This document shows, one piece after another, positions 35,806-45,821 of a DNA stretch of 53,736 nucleotides. How positions within the stretch are numbered: the stretch's first letter is position 1; every line of letters starts with the position of its first letter. The notes beneath the pieces were generated by a model that was given only the letters and a program-made list of their open reading frames with translations, was not told where the DNA came from and searched no databases. The position numbers and the translations under genes are program-made. The stretch comes from Candidatus Bathyarchaeota archaeon (GTDB taxonomy: Archaea; Thermoproteota; Bathyarchaeia; 40CM-2-53-6), in NCBI GenBank assembly GCA_005881615.1, contig VBBR01000027.1:1-53736 (forward strand). The letters run 5' to 3'.

Positions 35806-36972
35806 ATGTCTTTGAATATCGACCTCGTTAGAAAACAGATACCTGTCACTTCTCGCCGAGCCTACTTCGACAACGCAGGAACAGGCCCGCCCTCCATACC
35901 AGTCCTCAACGCGATCAACGAGTTCATGGCTGACTGGCGAGAGTACGGGGAGAACTGGGAGGAATGGCTACCACTCATCATCGACTCACGTCGGCAATTT
36001 GGAAAGATGATAGGTGGAGTAGGCCTCGATGAGGTAGCCTCCGTCCCTAACGTCACCAGCGCGCTCATCGGCCTTGCTAGCAGCCTGAACTACAAGCCCA
36101 GCGGCAACATCGTCATCAGCGACCTCAACTTTCCAACCAACATCTACCTCTGGCACCTCCAGAAAAAACACGGACGAGCCAAAGACGTCCGCCTACTCCA
36201 CCGAGACGATAACGGCACGATCCCGCTAGAACAATGGGAAAAAGCAATCGACGATGATACCTCAATCGTCTCCGTAGACTACGTCTCCTGGACCAATGGC
36301 TGCCGAGAGAAAATCCGAGAGATCACAAAGATCGCACACGAGCATGGCGCATTTGTCATCGCCGACTCCTTCCACGCCCTGGGCGTCTTCCCGATAGACG
36401 CTCGACAGGACGGAGTCGACGCTCTTGTCTGCGGGATGTACAAGTGGATGCAGGGACCCCACGGTGCAGCCTTCGTCTACACCAAACGCGACAGGCTGAA
36501 GGAACTTGACCCGAACTATATCGGATGGCATGGGGTCCAAGACTCAGTCGCTAGAAGACTCACGAGCCAACAAGACCTCTTCGGAAAACCGTTCAACATC
36601 GCAGAGACAATACCCGCCCCCGACGCGACGATGTTTGAGGGTGGAAGTTGGGGAGTAATATCGATCGTGGGGGCGAAGGCGGCATTGGAATTCGCGTTGA
36701 AGCATGATCAGGCTGAAAGGTCCCATAGAGTCCTGAAGGTTACAGAGCATCTTATCGAGGGTTTGAAGAAGAAAGGACGCAAGATACTAACACCGCTACA
36801 ATCTGACAGACGAAGTGGAATCGTGGTCTTCGAGGACCCCGAGCCCGGAGCCACATATGAGAGATTGAAGAAGCTCAACATCACAGTCGCGAGCAGAGTC
36901 AAAGCGTTGAGAGCCTCACCACACTACTACAATACAGAGGAGGAAATCGACAAGCTCCTCGCCGCTCTCTAA
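35806..36972 (+). CDS. Class V aminotransferase / cysteine desulfurase-like PLP enzyme
   Basis: 388 aa. YFDNAGTGP start. The candidate PLP lysine is in CGMYKWMQGPHG. Confidence 0.7.
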   Translation: MSLNIDLVRKQIPVTSRRAYFDNAGTGPPSIPVLNAINEFMADWREYGENWEEWLPLIIDSRRQFGKMIGGVGLDEVASVPNVTSALIGLASSLNYKPSGNIVISDLNFPTNIYLWHLQKKHGRAKDVRLLHRDDNGTIPLEQWEKAIDDDTSIVSVDYVSWTNGCREKIREITKIAHEHGAFVIADSFHALGVFPIDARQDGVDALVCGMYKWMQGPHGAAFVYTKRDRLKELDPNYIGWHGVQDSVARRLTSQQDLFGKPFNIAETIPAPDATMFEGGSWGVISIVGAKAALEFALKHDQAERSHRVLKVTEHLIEGLKKKGRKILTPLQSDRRSGIVVFEDPEPGATYERLKKLNITVASRVKALRASPHYYNTEEEIDKLLAAL

Positions 36973-36975
36973 AAC

Positions 36976-37578
36976 TTGAAAATCGTAGTTGTAAACAACT
37001 ACAAAGAGACGAAACAGATCGAGAGAGCAGTCCAGAACATAGAAAGATGCACTGGACAGTCAATAGAGACGATAGATTTCGACAAACCCGAGCTTCACGC
37101 CATAGTTACAGAATCCGGACCAGACCTGGTAATTCTTACAGGATCCAGCGCGCTGCTCTCGAAACCTCGAACCAGGGAGCGGTTCCAGCCCGAGATAGAC
37201 CTTGTCAGAAAGGCCGAGTTTCCAGTTCTAGGAATATGCTATGGGCACCAGATTATCGGATCAGCATTCCACGCGCAAATGCGGGACCTGGGCCAGATGC
37301 TCCGCGGCTACGAAAAAGTAAGCGTCGTCAAGAAGCATCCATTGTTCGATGGCTTGCCCTCCGACCTGGTGGTTGCTGAATCTCACAGGCAGGAATTGAC
37401 CAGGGTTCCCGACGGGTTTCATCATCTCGCGCAATCGACGACTTCCATGGTAGAGGCGATGGTGCACCGGTCGAAGCCAATCTATGGGGTCCAGTTTCAT
37501 CCTGAGCGATCGGATGACGAGCATCCGCATGGTAGGATGATTCTCCAGAACCTCTTGAAACAGATTCGAGGATTCTAG
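36976..37578 (+). CDS. Class I glutamine amidotransferase (GuaA-subunit-A-like)
   Basis: 200 aa. GICYGHQ nucleophile elbow and VQFHPE. Confidence 0.7.
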   Translation: MKIVVVNNYKETKQIERAVQNIERCTGQSIETIDFDKPELHAIVTESGPDLVILTGSSALLSKPRTRERFQPEIDLVRKAEFPVLGICYGHQIIGSAFHAQMRDLGQMLRGYEKVSVVKKHPLFDGLPSDLVVAESHRQELTRVPDGFHHLAQSTTSMVEAMVHRSKPIYGVQFHPERSDDEHPHGRMILQNLLKQIRGF

Positions 37579-37586
37579 CCTGTTCT

Positions 37587-38555
37587 CTAGTGCAGAATTC
37601 GGTAGTCGAGGACCATCGCGAGAAATACAATAGCTAGGTATGGGCTGGAGAATTTGAACGCGGTCCAAGCCTGAGCCTTTGTCGGGTTGAAAGCGAGCTT
37701 CAAGTCTAGAACAATCATTCCGAGACCCAACACTCCGGCGATTGCAAGATAGATGATCCCGAACGTTCCAAGCGGGACGAAGATTAGAGAGGATGGCACG
37801 AGAAGGAAGGTGTTGAGGGCGATGTACTGTGCGGCCTTCTTGTCGCCGACAACGACTGGGAGCATTGGAATTCCAGCCTTCGCGTAATCCTTGGAAGCTC
37901 GAAGCGCGAGGCTCCAGAAATGGCTCGGAGTCCACACGAACACTAGCAGAGCCATAAGCCAGGGTGCGACCACGCTGACGTTTCCCGTGGCTGCTGCCCA
38001 GCCTGCTAATGGTGCGCAGCTCCCTGCCGATCCTCCGAGAACGATGTTTAGGGTCGTCCGACGCTTCAGCCACTTCGTATAGAAGCCAACGTAGATGGCG
38101 GCGCCGAGAAAGATGAACAAACTCGCCCAGGGAGAGAGGAACAACAAGGAGACTCCGACTCCCCCGACTACTAGTGCCATTCCGAACACTAGCGCGTTGA
38201 GCGGTGATAACTCCCCTTTCGGAATCGGCCGCTGACTAGTTCGCCCCATACTCTGGTCGATATCACGGTCAAGATAGCAGTTCAATGCGCCCGCTCCACC
38301 AGAGGCGAGGGTGCCTGCGACCAAGACCACGGCTAGGTTGAACAAGTTGATGCCTCGTGTCGCTACAAGGAAAGCCATCAGCGCGGTGAAGTCCAGCAGG
38401 AGCACTATCTTCGGCTTAGTCAGTTCCAGATAGGCATGGGTTCTGGACTGGGCTCTATACCCCAAGGATGAACGCGAGGCCTCGCGCTTATTGGCGGGTA
38501 AAAGGGTTTGGCGCAAACGGCCTTTACACAACGAACAGAAACGAATGAAGGGCAT
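37587..38555 (-). CDS. ctaB: Protoheme IX farnesyltransferase (heme O synthase, UbiA family)
   Basis: 322 aa. NCYLDRDIDQSMGRTSQRPIP motif. Polytopic. The start may instead be the TTG at 38465. Confidence 0.85.
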   Translation of the reverse strand: MPFIRFCSLCKGRLRQTLLPANKREASRSSLGYRAQSRTHAYLELTKPKIVLLLDFTALMAFLVATRGINLFNLAVVLVAGTLASGGAGALNCYLDRDIDQSMGRTSQRPIPKGELSPLNALVFGMALVVGGVGVSLLFLSPWASLFIFLGAAIYVGFYTKWLKRRTTLNIVLGGSAGSCAPLAGWAAATGNVSVVAPWLMALLVFVWTPSHFWSLALRASKDYAKAGIPMLPVVVGDKKAAQYIALNTFLLVPSSLIFVPLGTFGIIYLAIAGVLGLGMIVLDLKLAFNPTKAQAWTAFKFSSPYLAIVFLAMVLDYRILH

Positions 38556-38609
38556 CTGAACCGTAGTTAGGAACCTCTGAAATAGGCCTCCAGAGGCCGA
38601 GCCCCACCC

Positions 38610-39299
38610 ATGAGGTTCTTGTTGAGGGTCAACTATCTACTCATACTGGGCTGCGTAGGGCTGAGCCTCTGGGCTTGGCAGCAGGACCCCAACTTCATCG
38701 ATACAAATTTCGTGTTCAGCTGGAACAACCTATTAGCCGGAAGGGTCTGGACGCTTTTCACGGCCCTCTTCCTCCACGCGAGCCCAACTCATCTCTTCGG
38801 AAACTTGCTCTTCCTTTTCGTGTTTGGAAACACGCTGGAGAAGATGGTCGGCAGGGATTACCACCTGGCCGTTTTCTTCATCGGAGGATTCACGGCATTC
38901 CTGCTCCCTCCCGCTCTCGGACTCTACGCGCCGGACACAGGCATGCTCGGGGCTTCAGCGGCCATCTTCACACTAGCCGCATGTGTCATGCTGATGAATC
39001 CGCTGAAGTTTTCGTTCCTCTTCATGGCTCCGCAGGGGCTCGTAGCCATGCTCTACTTCCTCTACAACGTCGCGCTAGTGTACGATCCGACTTTGATTCC
39101 GGGCCTTGGTTATGACCCCAGCATCGCATACATCTCTCATATCATTGGTTTCACGGTAGGCGTGCCTTTCGGTATCGCCTGGAGCAAGCGCTGGCCAAGA
39201 AATCTCTTAATCAGCCTCGGACTATTCGGCTTATACCTCGCGATACTCGCAGTTCTCTCGGCATTCTTTGGGCTAAGACTGCCCTTCGGCGTACTCTAG
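38610..39299 (+). CDS. Rhomboid-family intramembrane serine protease
   Basis: 229 aa. FLHASPTHLFGNLLFLFVFG, GASAAIF (catalytic Ser) and a downstream His in SHIIGF. Confidence 0.8.
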   Translation: MRFLLRVNYLLILGCVGLSLWAWQQDPNFIDTNFVFSWNNLLAGRVWTLFTALFLHASPTHLFGNLLFLFVFGNTLEKMVGRDYHLAVFFIGGFTAFLLPPALGLYAPDTGMLGASAAIFTLAACVMLMNPLKFSFLFMAPQGLVAMLYFLYNVALVYDPTLIPGLGYDPSIAYISHIIGFTVGVPFGIAWSKRWPRNLLISLGLFGLYLAILAVLSAFFGLRLPFGVL

Positions 39300-39824
39300 C
39301 TGCTGCTCAATCAGAGGCTTGAGCTTTAGGAAAACCTGCCGGGTGGCCGTCAAATCGTCGAGACAATGAGCCCGTATAGACGCCGCCGCCTTCTTGTCCC
39401 CTTCTAGCGCTCGGACATGGAGGTGTGGGACGTCGAGGCCCATGGGGCCCTTCCTCCGCGCTATCTGAAAGAAATCGCAAACATGGTCGAGATAGGTGAA
39501 TGTGAGTCTCAACCGGCTCTTCACAACATCAGCGAGATCAATATGTGACTTGCGGAGAAGCGGTCTAGGATCAAGACCGTGTTTCATCAGACGGGTCGTG
39601 AGAAATGGGATGTCGAAGCTCCTGCCATTCCAAGTCACCATGACATCGTACCTCTCCAATCGGTTTAGGAGCTTCAATAGAAGCGGCTTTTCATCGCTCG
39701 TCTTTTTCGCCTCCACGTACTCGCCCTGTCCGACGTCTGACATGAGCCCAGCACTGACTAGCGTTCCCGCGTCGGCCTCGAGCGATGTCGTCTCGATGTC
39801 GAGAATCACAATCCTAGCAGCCAT
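39273..39824 (-). CDS. RNase H-fold 3'-5' exonuclease (YprB / PolB-exo-like)
   Basis: 183 aa. ILDIETT and WNGRSFDIPFL exo motifs. Its 3' end overlaps the rhomboid gene by 27 nt. Confidence 0.6.
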   Translation of the reverse strand: MAARIVILDIETTSLEADAGTLVSAGLMSDVGQGEYVEAKKTSDEKPLLLKLLNRLERYDVMVTWNGRSFDIPFLTTRLMKHGLDPRPLLRKSHIDLADVVKSRLRLTFTYLDHVCDFFQIARRKGPMGLDVPHLHVRALEGDKKAAASIRAHCLDDLTATRQVFLKLKPLIEQQLEYAEGQS

Positions 39825-39928
39825 GGTCCGAGGATGATTCTCTCAGGGCTTAAGCGCTTCGGAAAGGCTTTCCTCGAAAGGAAGATATTCGAGACGCCTC
39901 TGTCAACTCCTCTGCGGACTGAGCCTAG

Positions 39929-40699
39929 TTGGAGACCCCCGCCGTAGTCCAAGTTGCGAACTTAGAGAAAACATATCACCTAGGCAACGTCATGGTGAAC
40001 GCGCTCCGCGGAGTCAACCTCACCCTATACCAAGCTGAGTTCGTAGTCATAACCGGACCCTCGGGGTCGGGAAAGACGACACTTCTCAACATCATAGGAA
40101 CGCTGGACAAACCATCATCAGGCAAAGTGTCAATTGACGGAGAGGACATCACTGGGATGAAGGATGGTCAGCTCACAAAACTCAGACGATACAAGATAGG
40201 CTTCGTCTTCCAATTCCACAACCTCATACCAGTACTAACAGCCCAGGAAAACGTGGAACTGCCTCTACTAACCGCCGGAGTGAAATCGAAGGCCGCCCAG
40301 GAAAGAGCCAGCTTGATGCTGGAACGAGTCGGCCTCAAAGAACGCCTCACGCATCTTCCAGACGAGTTGAGCGGGGGAGAGCAACAACGGGTTGCCATAG
40401 CCCGAGCCCTAGCAAACCACCCGAAAATCATCCTCGCCGACGAACCTACAGGAGACTTGGACACGAAGACAGGCACTGAGGTAGTTCAGATAATGTACGA
40501 GGCAGCGAAAAAGGAGAACGCTTCAGTCCTCGTAGTCACCCATGACCCGGTAGTCGCGGATCGGGCCGAGAAATTGTTTGAAATGCGCGATGGTATGATT
40601 ACGAAGGGACCGCAACAGCGTCTTAGGGAGTCCTACAGGTTGAGAGCGATCGAACCAGTTCCTCCTGAGCCAGCACGATCTCTCTCACAGCCCAACTAG
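39929..40699 (+). CDS. ABC transporter ATP-binding protein (MacB/LolD/FtsE type)
   Basis: 256 aa. GPSGSGKTT, LSGGEQQRVAIARAL and ILADEPTG. Confidence 0.9.
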   Translation: METPAVVQVANLEKTYHLGNVMVNALRGVNLTLYQAEFVVITGPSGSGKTTLLNIIGTLDKPSSGKVSIDGEDITGMKDGQLTKLRRYKIGFVFQFHNLIPVLTAQENVELPLLTAGVKSKAAQERASLMLERVGLKERLTHLPDELSGGEQQRVAIARALANHPKIILADEPTGDLDTKTGTEVVQIMYEAAKKENASVLVVTHDPVVADRAEKLFEMRDGMITKGPQQRLRESYRLRAIEPVPPEPARSLSQPN

Positions 40700-40721
40700 C
40701 ACGAATTGGTCAGTCTAGATC

Positions 40722-43283
40722 TTGCTCTCTGCGAAGATTGCCTACCGCAACCTCCCGAAGCGACGAGCGAGAACCACGCTCACAGTTCTCGCAGTCATCC
40801 TCGGAGTCGCATTGCTCGTGGGGATAAACCTGGCAACTGCGAGCGCAACTGGCGAGTTCACGAGTTACATCAACAAGCTCTGGGGCCGCACTGATATCGT
40901 GGTAAGTTATGGTGGATTCCCGTTGCCTGTATTCCAGAGCCACTATCTGAGCAACGTCCAGAGTGCCTCTGAAGTTCAACAAACAGCCGTTAGACTTGTC
41001 TGGTTTGGCACAACCGACAACAGAACGTTCTTTCCTCTTGTGGGAGTCAACGGGACAGACTTCGACTATTCCAGCTTCAACATTACCGGGGCAAAGACTC
41101 TCTCCCTAGGCCAGGCGACAGTCGATGACGGGCTCGTCCAAAAGTTCGGACTGAGAATCGGGTCCACCCTTAACGTCATCACACCGAATTTCATCACTAG
41201 AACCAACGTCACTATTCCCCTGTCAGTAGTGGGAATAAACCATCCTCTGCGTAATATCGGCGCGTCGATCTACGTCAACCTCCCTCAGCTCCAATCATAT
41301 CTGAGTTTTCAGGGAATGGTCTCGCACATCTACGCAACTCTCAATGACCCAACTAAAGCGCCGCAGGTACGGGACGAGATTCAGAATCTCCTAGGCTCGC
41401 CACTTTTCAACGTAAGTGCTCCAAAGGGAGAAGCTGTTCAGAGAATAGCGGGACAAACGGCAGGGTTTGAGCTAGGGCTAAATGTGATGGTGGCGGTCGC
41501 ACTCGTCGTCTGCGCTTTCATCGTCTTCAACACTTTGTTCATGACAGTGAACGAACGCACGTATGAGATTGGAGTGATGCGGGCTGTCGGAACCAGCAGA
41601 TCACAGATCTTCAAGATCTTCTTGGTTGAAGGAATGCTGATTGGCACCATCGGCACAATCGCAGGTGTCTTTACAGGGCTAATTCTTTCGAGGGGCTTCA
41701 CCGCAGTTGCGGAGAACATTCTCCACATCCCAGCTCTCCCTCTAGTCCAGCTCACCCCAACAATCACTCTAATGGGGCTTGGAGCAGGCTTTGCCGCTGT
41801 CTTCGCCGGATCGCTCTACCCAGCCGCTTCGGCAAGCCGGATCGATATTATCCAAGCGATCCGGCCATCCGCCCGAAACTCTCGCAAGCGGATCCCCGAT
41901 TCAATCATCGCTCTTGTTAGCCTAGGCATGCTCACGGTCGGCTCGCTAGAGGCTGCCAGACTAACACCGTTTCATGTGTCATACCTCGACGTCGCACTAA
42001 TCCCAATGGGAATAGTCATTCTCGGCGCCATATTATTCGGACGGTCGGGCCGAATACTCACTGCACCGCTCCTACCATTCTCAGGAGCCGTGGGGTACAT
42101 AGCATCCAGAAACGGAAGACGGAGGTTGCTTAGAAACGCGATTTCGTTTGGAATGATCACCATTACTCTCAGCTTCGTCATCATGCTAGGCGGAATCCAG
42201 GGCGGGGTCCAAACCGCTCTCGACCAGGGAATTCAAGAGGCACTAGGGGCTGACATAATCTTGATCGCAAACCAGTCCCTACCTGTCAGCTTCACCAACA
42301 ATCTCACCAACCTAGCACAAGTCTCACTGGCAACACCCCTCGGACCAAGTCTCCTTCCATTCAACCCAAAAGCTCTCGGACCCAACGGCAACAGCACATC
42401 GGTAGGAGTCCTAGCAATTGACCCTGCAACATTCCCCCAGATCATAAACTACCAGTTCGTACATTCGCCTCCGCAACGGCAAGTTTACGCCGAACTTGCG
42501 AACAATTCACAAACAATCCTCCTACCTGATTCTCTCGCATCGAGACTCGATGTATTAGTGGGTCAAATCGTGGACATAACGACGTTCAATGGAACCTTAC
42601 CGTTTCATGTTGCAGGAATATTCACCGGGCCTGTCTTACAGTACATCCAGTTTGGAAGCAGCTTTGCCAGCGACTCCGTAGTTGTCTCCTTCAATTCACA
42701 GAGACAATTCTTCGGCGGCAGCAACAGTGCCCCTCTCTTCCTGATCAACCTCAAGTCCGAGTACAAACCAGCAGCGCCTGATATCGCTCGCGCCATTGCA
42801 GCCTCGTATCCGAAATATGACTTTGCTGAGAACTCGTTGACTCTCGGGCAACTTCTTTCTCTAGTTCGGGATACCATAAACCGGATATTCACGATAATCT
42901 TGTTAGTTCTCTACTTCGCCCTCCTCATCGCCACCCTCGGAATAACTGCCACGATGATCATGAACGTGACCGATAGGAAGCGGGAGATCGGGCTCTTGCG
43001 ATCCCAAGGAATGAGTAGGAGACAGATAGCAGGGCTTTTTCTCAGCGAAGGAATTCTACTGGGATTATTTGGCTTCCTACTCGCAGTTCCGGGTGGTCTT
43101 CTCTTGTTAGAGGGAGCCACCAACAGCACGACTCTTGCCGGGTTCTACTTGCCATTTGTCATCCCGTACAGCGCGATAACGCAAGCCTTTGGATTGTCGA
43201 TACTAGCAGTGGTATCTGGGTCACTGTATCCCGCTTTACGAGCTTCGCGCATGGAAATCACGAAAGCTCTCGAACAAGCATAG
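40722..43283 (+). CDS. ABC transporter permease with two FtsX domains (about 10 TM, two large extracytoplasmic domains)
   Basis: 853 aa. Duplicated FtsX-type 4-TM modules, each preceded by a large loop. Each has an ERTYEIGVMRAVG or DRKREIGLLRSQG motif. Confidence 0.85.
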   Translation: MLSAKIAYRNLPKRRARTTLTVLAVILGVALLVGINLATASATGEFTSYINKLWGRTDIVVSYGGFPLPVFQSHYLSNVQSASEVQQTAVRLVWFGTTDNRTFFPLVGVNGTDFDYSSFNITGAKTLSLGQATVDDGLVQKFGLRIGSTLNVITPNFITRTNVTIPLSVVGINHPLRNIGASIYVNLPQLQSYLSFQGMVSHIYATLNDPTKAPQVRDEIQNLLGSPLFNVSAPKGEAVQRIAGQTAGFELGLNVMVAVALVVCAFIVFNTLFMTVNERTYEIGVMRAVGTSRSQIFKIFLVEGMLIGTIGTIAGVFTGLILSRGFTAVAENILHIPALPLVQLTPTITLMGLGAGFAAVFAGSLYPAASASRIDIIQAIRPSARNSRKRIPDSIIALVSLGMLTVGSLEAARLTPFHVSYLDVALIPMGIVILGAILFGRSGRILTAPLLPFSGAVGYIASRNGRRRLLRNAISFGMITITLSFVIMLGGIQGGVQTALDQGIQEALGADIILIANQSLPVSFTNNLTNLAQVSLATPLGPSLLPFNPKALGPNGNSTSVGVLAIDPATFPQIINYQFVHSPPQRQVYAELANNSQTILLPDSLASRLDVLVGQIVDITTFNGTLPFHVAGIFTGPVLQYIQFGSSFASDSVVVSFNSQRQFFGGSNSAPLFLINLKSEYKPAAPDIARAIAASYPKYDFAENSLTLGQLLSLVRDTINRIFTIILLVLYFALLIATLGITATMIMNVTDRKREIGLLRSQGMSRRQIAGLFLSEGILLGLFGFLLAVPGGLLLLEGATNSTTLAGFYLPFVIPYSAITQAFGLSILAVVSGSLYPALRASRMEITKALEQA

Positions 43284-43370
43284 CGAGCGGGTAACCGTTA
43301 CTAGTGGGAAATGGAGTAGGGTACGGCGGGCTTAGTTCTGGCTTAGATCGAATAATCATCTTGAGCCGGC

Positions 43371-43922
43371 ATGCCCAAGTTCAGCCAGCGTCAACGGTAC
43401 ACTCTCGCCATTCTTTGCAGCTTGCTAATTGCTGGCCTTGTACTCTTGTCTCTCCCTGCACCTGCAGAGCAAGATGTCGCAATCTATTCGACACCAGTTG
43501 GCTATTCTACTAGTGCCCTACAAAAGGTGATTGGATATGCGCCTTCTGGCTATTACGCGTCGGCACACATAACGACCGAAAACACGGCCACTGTCACACT
43601 GACACTCGTTGAGTCGTACCTAGTAATCTTCACACGCACTTTTCCCGCGGGAGCATTCGACATTCCAAACACTCCCATTATCGCGGCCAACGGAGGAACA
43701 GTATTCTTGACAATAACGTCCCAAAACCAGATCATCACCCCGATGAACGTAGTGGCGAAAATATTCCACATAGTCACAGCGCTTCCATTCTTCTGGGCAG
43801 GAGCAGGTATCTTGGGCTTGACCGGCCTCCTGACACTAGCAATCTTCTACCAGCATACTGCAGCTGGGAAACTCGCTAGAAGAATCCTGCCCGTCGAAAA
43901 AGCAGGACTCGGCTGGCCGTAG
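43371..43922 (+). CDS. Hypothetical bitopic membrane protein downstream of the ABC genes
   Basis: 183 aa. N-terminal and C-terminal TM helices flank a beta-rich domain. Confidence 0.45.
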   Translation: MPKFSQRQRYTLAILCSLLIAGLVLLSLPAPAEQDVAIYSTPVGYSTSALQKVIGYAPSGYYASAHITTENTATVTLTLVESYLVIFTRTFPAGAFDIPNTPIIAANGGTVFLTITSQNQIITPMNVVAKIFHIVTALPFFWAGAGILGLTGLLTLAIFYQHTAAGKLARRILPVEKAGLGWP

Positions 43923-43999
43923 CGCGGCACTATGGCGCCATTCGCGGAACCAGATTAAATAATAACGCTGGATTCGAGAAGGTTCTGCGAGAAAAATCC

Positions 44000-44596
44000 T
44001 TGACTGGCAATGCTCTGATCTCGGTCTACGACAAGTCCAGGCTCGAACACATAGTCGGGGCATTTGTACGACACAAGATCAAAGTGATTAGCTCAGGCGG
44101 GACAGCCCAAGCGATCCGAAAACTCCGGCATGAAATCGTAGAAGTCTCGGCTTACACAGGGTTTCCTGAGATGCCCGGTGGACTGGTGAAAACTCTCCAT
44201 CCCAAGATTCATGCTGGAATTCTAGGCGACTGGAACGATCCGGTGCAACTGAAGTATCTGCAGGAGAACGGCATTGAACCGGTGGACTTTGTAGTTGTGA
44301 ACTTGTATCCGTTTCGAGAGGTTGTAAAGAGCGATCCAGCAAATCTGCGGAGAGCGATCGACAATATCGACATTGGAGGTGTCGCCCTTATCCGTGCTGC
44401 GGCGAAGGGCGCATTTCTCAACAATAGAGTCGCGCCCTTAACCAGACCTGCTCAGTATGATGTCTTGATCCGGGAATTGGACAAGCATGAGGCTCTCCCG
44501 GACGAGTTGAGACGCAAGCTGGCTAGAGAGGCGTTTGCTGTGACTGCGGAGTATGATGCAGCAATAGAGAGTTACTTGGGCAAGGTGAAGAGATGA
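44000..44596 (+). CDS. purH: IMP cyclohydrolase domain of PurH (MGS-like), encoded as a separate gene
   Basis: 198 aa. ALISVYDKS...SSGGTAQAI...VKTLHPKIHAGIL...VVVNLYPF. Confidence 0.85.
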   Translation: MTGNALISVYDKSRLEHIVGAFVRHKIKVISSGGTAQAIRKLRHEIVEVSAYTGFPEMPGGLVKTLHPKIHAGILGDWNDPVQLKYLQENGIEPVDFVVVNLYPFREVVKSDPANLRRAIDNIDIGGVALIRAAAKGAFLNNRVAPLTRPAQYDVLIRELDKHEALPDELRRKLAREAFAVTAEYDAAIESYLGKVKR

Positions 44597-45678
44597 GCGG
44601 GCAGGAGATACGCCGGATATACCGGACCGCTCGAGAAGAGGATCTACCTCTATCGCTGAAGCTGACGATTGGAGACAAAGTGTTCGAGTATTCAAAGGTC
44701 CAATGGAAAGTGGACGGCCGGATGCGAGGGCTACGGTATGGTACGAACCCACACCAGAAAGGGGCGCTGTACCGGCCCAAGTCATCGAAGGGCGGGATTG
44801 GAAATGTCGACTGGGTAAAATGGGGAAAAGATGGCCCTTCCGCAACGAATATCGAGGATGGAAGTCACGGCTTGCGAATCACGAGTTATTTCAAAGAGCC
44901 CACAGTAGCAGTGATGAAACATCTCAACCCCTCTGGAGTCGCCGTCTCAAGAGAGGGGGATGGTCTGAGTCAGGTGTACGCGCGCGCCAGGGATTCTGAC
45001 AACCGGGCCGCCTTTGGAAGCGTCGTAGTTTTCAACAATCCTGTTGACCGAAAGACCGCAGAAGAAATCGTAAAGACCTTCGTCGAAGTGGTCTATGCAC
45101 CCGGGTACGGCTCTGAAGCATTATCGGTTTTCGAGTCCAAGAGGGACATACGAGTTGGAGAGGTCCCAGCTCAACGCAGGGAGGACGCGACCGTGCCACC
45201 GGATGTGGTGGTGCTAGATGACGGATCGCTGATCATAGAGGACCAGTACCGAACCAGCATATTGTCACAGGCTAAGATGAAGCAGCTCCCTGTGCCCACC
45301 AAGAAAAACCCCTCAGACATGGAATACGTGGACCTGCTACATGCATGGTGGGTGGCATGTGAGGTTAGGTCAAACGCGGTTGTCTTCTGGAAAAACGGGA
45401 CCTCTCTCGCGATCGGGACCGGCCAGCAGGATAGGATCGGGGCTATCGAGAACTCTATCGACAAGGCGCACAAGCTAGGGCATAGCCTGGAGGGAAGTGT
45501 GCTAGCCTCTGACGGATTTCTTCCAAAGCTGGACAATGTGGACGCGCTGGCCAAAGAGAAGGTATCAGCCATCGTCCAGCCCGGCGGGTCCGTTGAAGAC
45601 CAGAGCATCGTCAAAGCTTGTGATGAACACGGTATCAAGATGGTGCTTACTGGAGAACGGTCGTTCAGGCATTTCTAA
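44593..45678 (+). CDS. purH: AICAR formyltransferase domain of PurH, encoded as a separate gene
   Basis: 361 aa. LRYGTNPHQ, KHLNPSG, and SDGFLP near the C-terminus. ATGA overlap with the upstream gene. Confidence 0.85.
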   Translation: MSGQEIRRIYRTAREEDLPLSLKLTIGDKVFEYSKVQWKVDGRMRGLRYGTNPHQKGALYRPKSSKGGIGNVDWVKWGKDGPSATNIEDGSHGLRITSYFKEPTVAVMKHLNPSGVAVSREGDGLSQVYARARDSDNRAAFGSVVVFNNPVDRKTAEEIVKTFVEVVYAPGYGSEALSVFESKRDIRVGEVPAQRREDATVPPDVVVLDDGSLIIEDQYRTSILSQAKMKQLPVPTKKNPSDMEYVDLLHAWWVACEVRSNAVVFWKNGTSLAIGTGQQDRIGAIENSIDKAHKLGHSLEGSVLASDGFLPKLDNVDALAKEKVSAIVQPGGSVEDQSIVKACDEHGIKMVLTGERSFRHF

Positions 45679-45725
45679 CAAACAAGGAACCCCGTTTCCA
45701 AAACCTGGGTCGTTCGTATTGATTA

Positions 45726-45733
45726 TTTATATC
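45726..45733 (+). promoter_or_regulatory. Strong TATA-like box (TTTATATC) in an AT-rich spacer
   Basis: attgattaTTTATATCtcgc is the best archaeal TATA match in the 400-nt spacer. No canonical gene starts within 300 nt downstream. Confidence 0.3.
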
Positions 45734-45821
45734 TCGCATCCGACTAATGCCGAGGTTGAGTCTTCTTGGAATCCGAGGAGATTGATTCTACCTTGCTAAT
45801 CGAGAGGAGCTATGAGCCTTT

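Noticed and set aside
37261-38073. 270-aa Arg/Ser-rich ORF overlapping the GATase gene and ctaB
   Set aside because: It is out of frame with or antisense to two well-supported genes. Its composition is typical of shadow ORFs.
45755-45765. The 11-mer GTTGAGTCTTC is shared with the tnpB relic's 3' stem (8012-8022)
   Set aside because: A single 11-mer match among about 5 kb of spacers is within chance expectation. The flanking sequence does not align.
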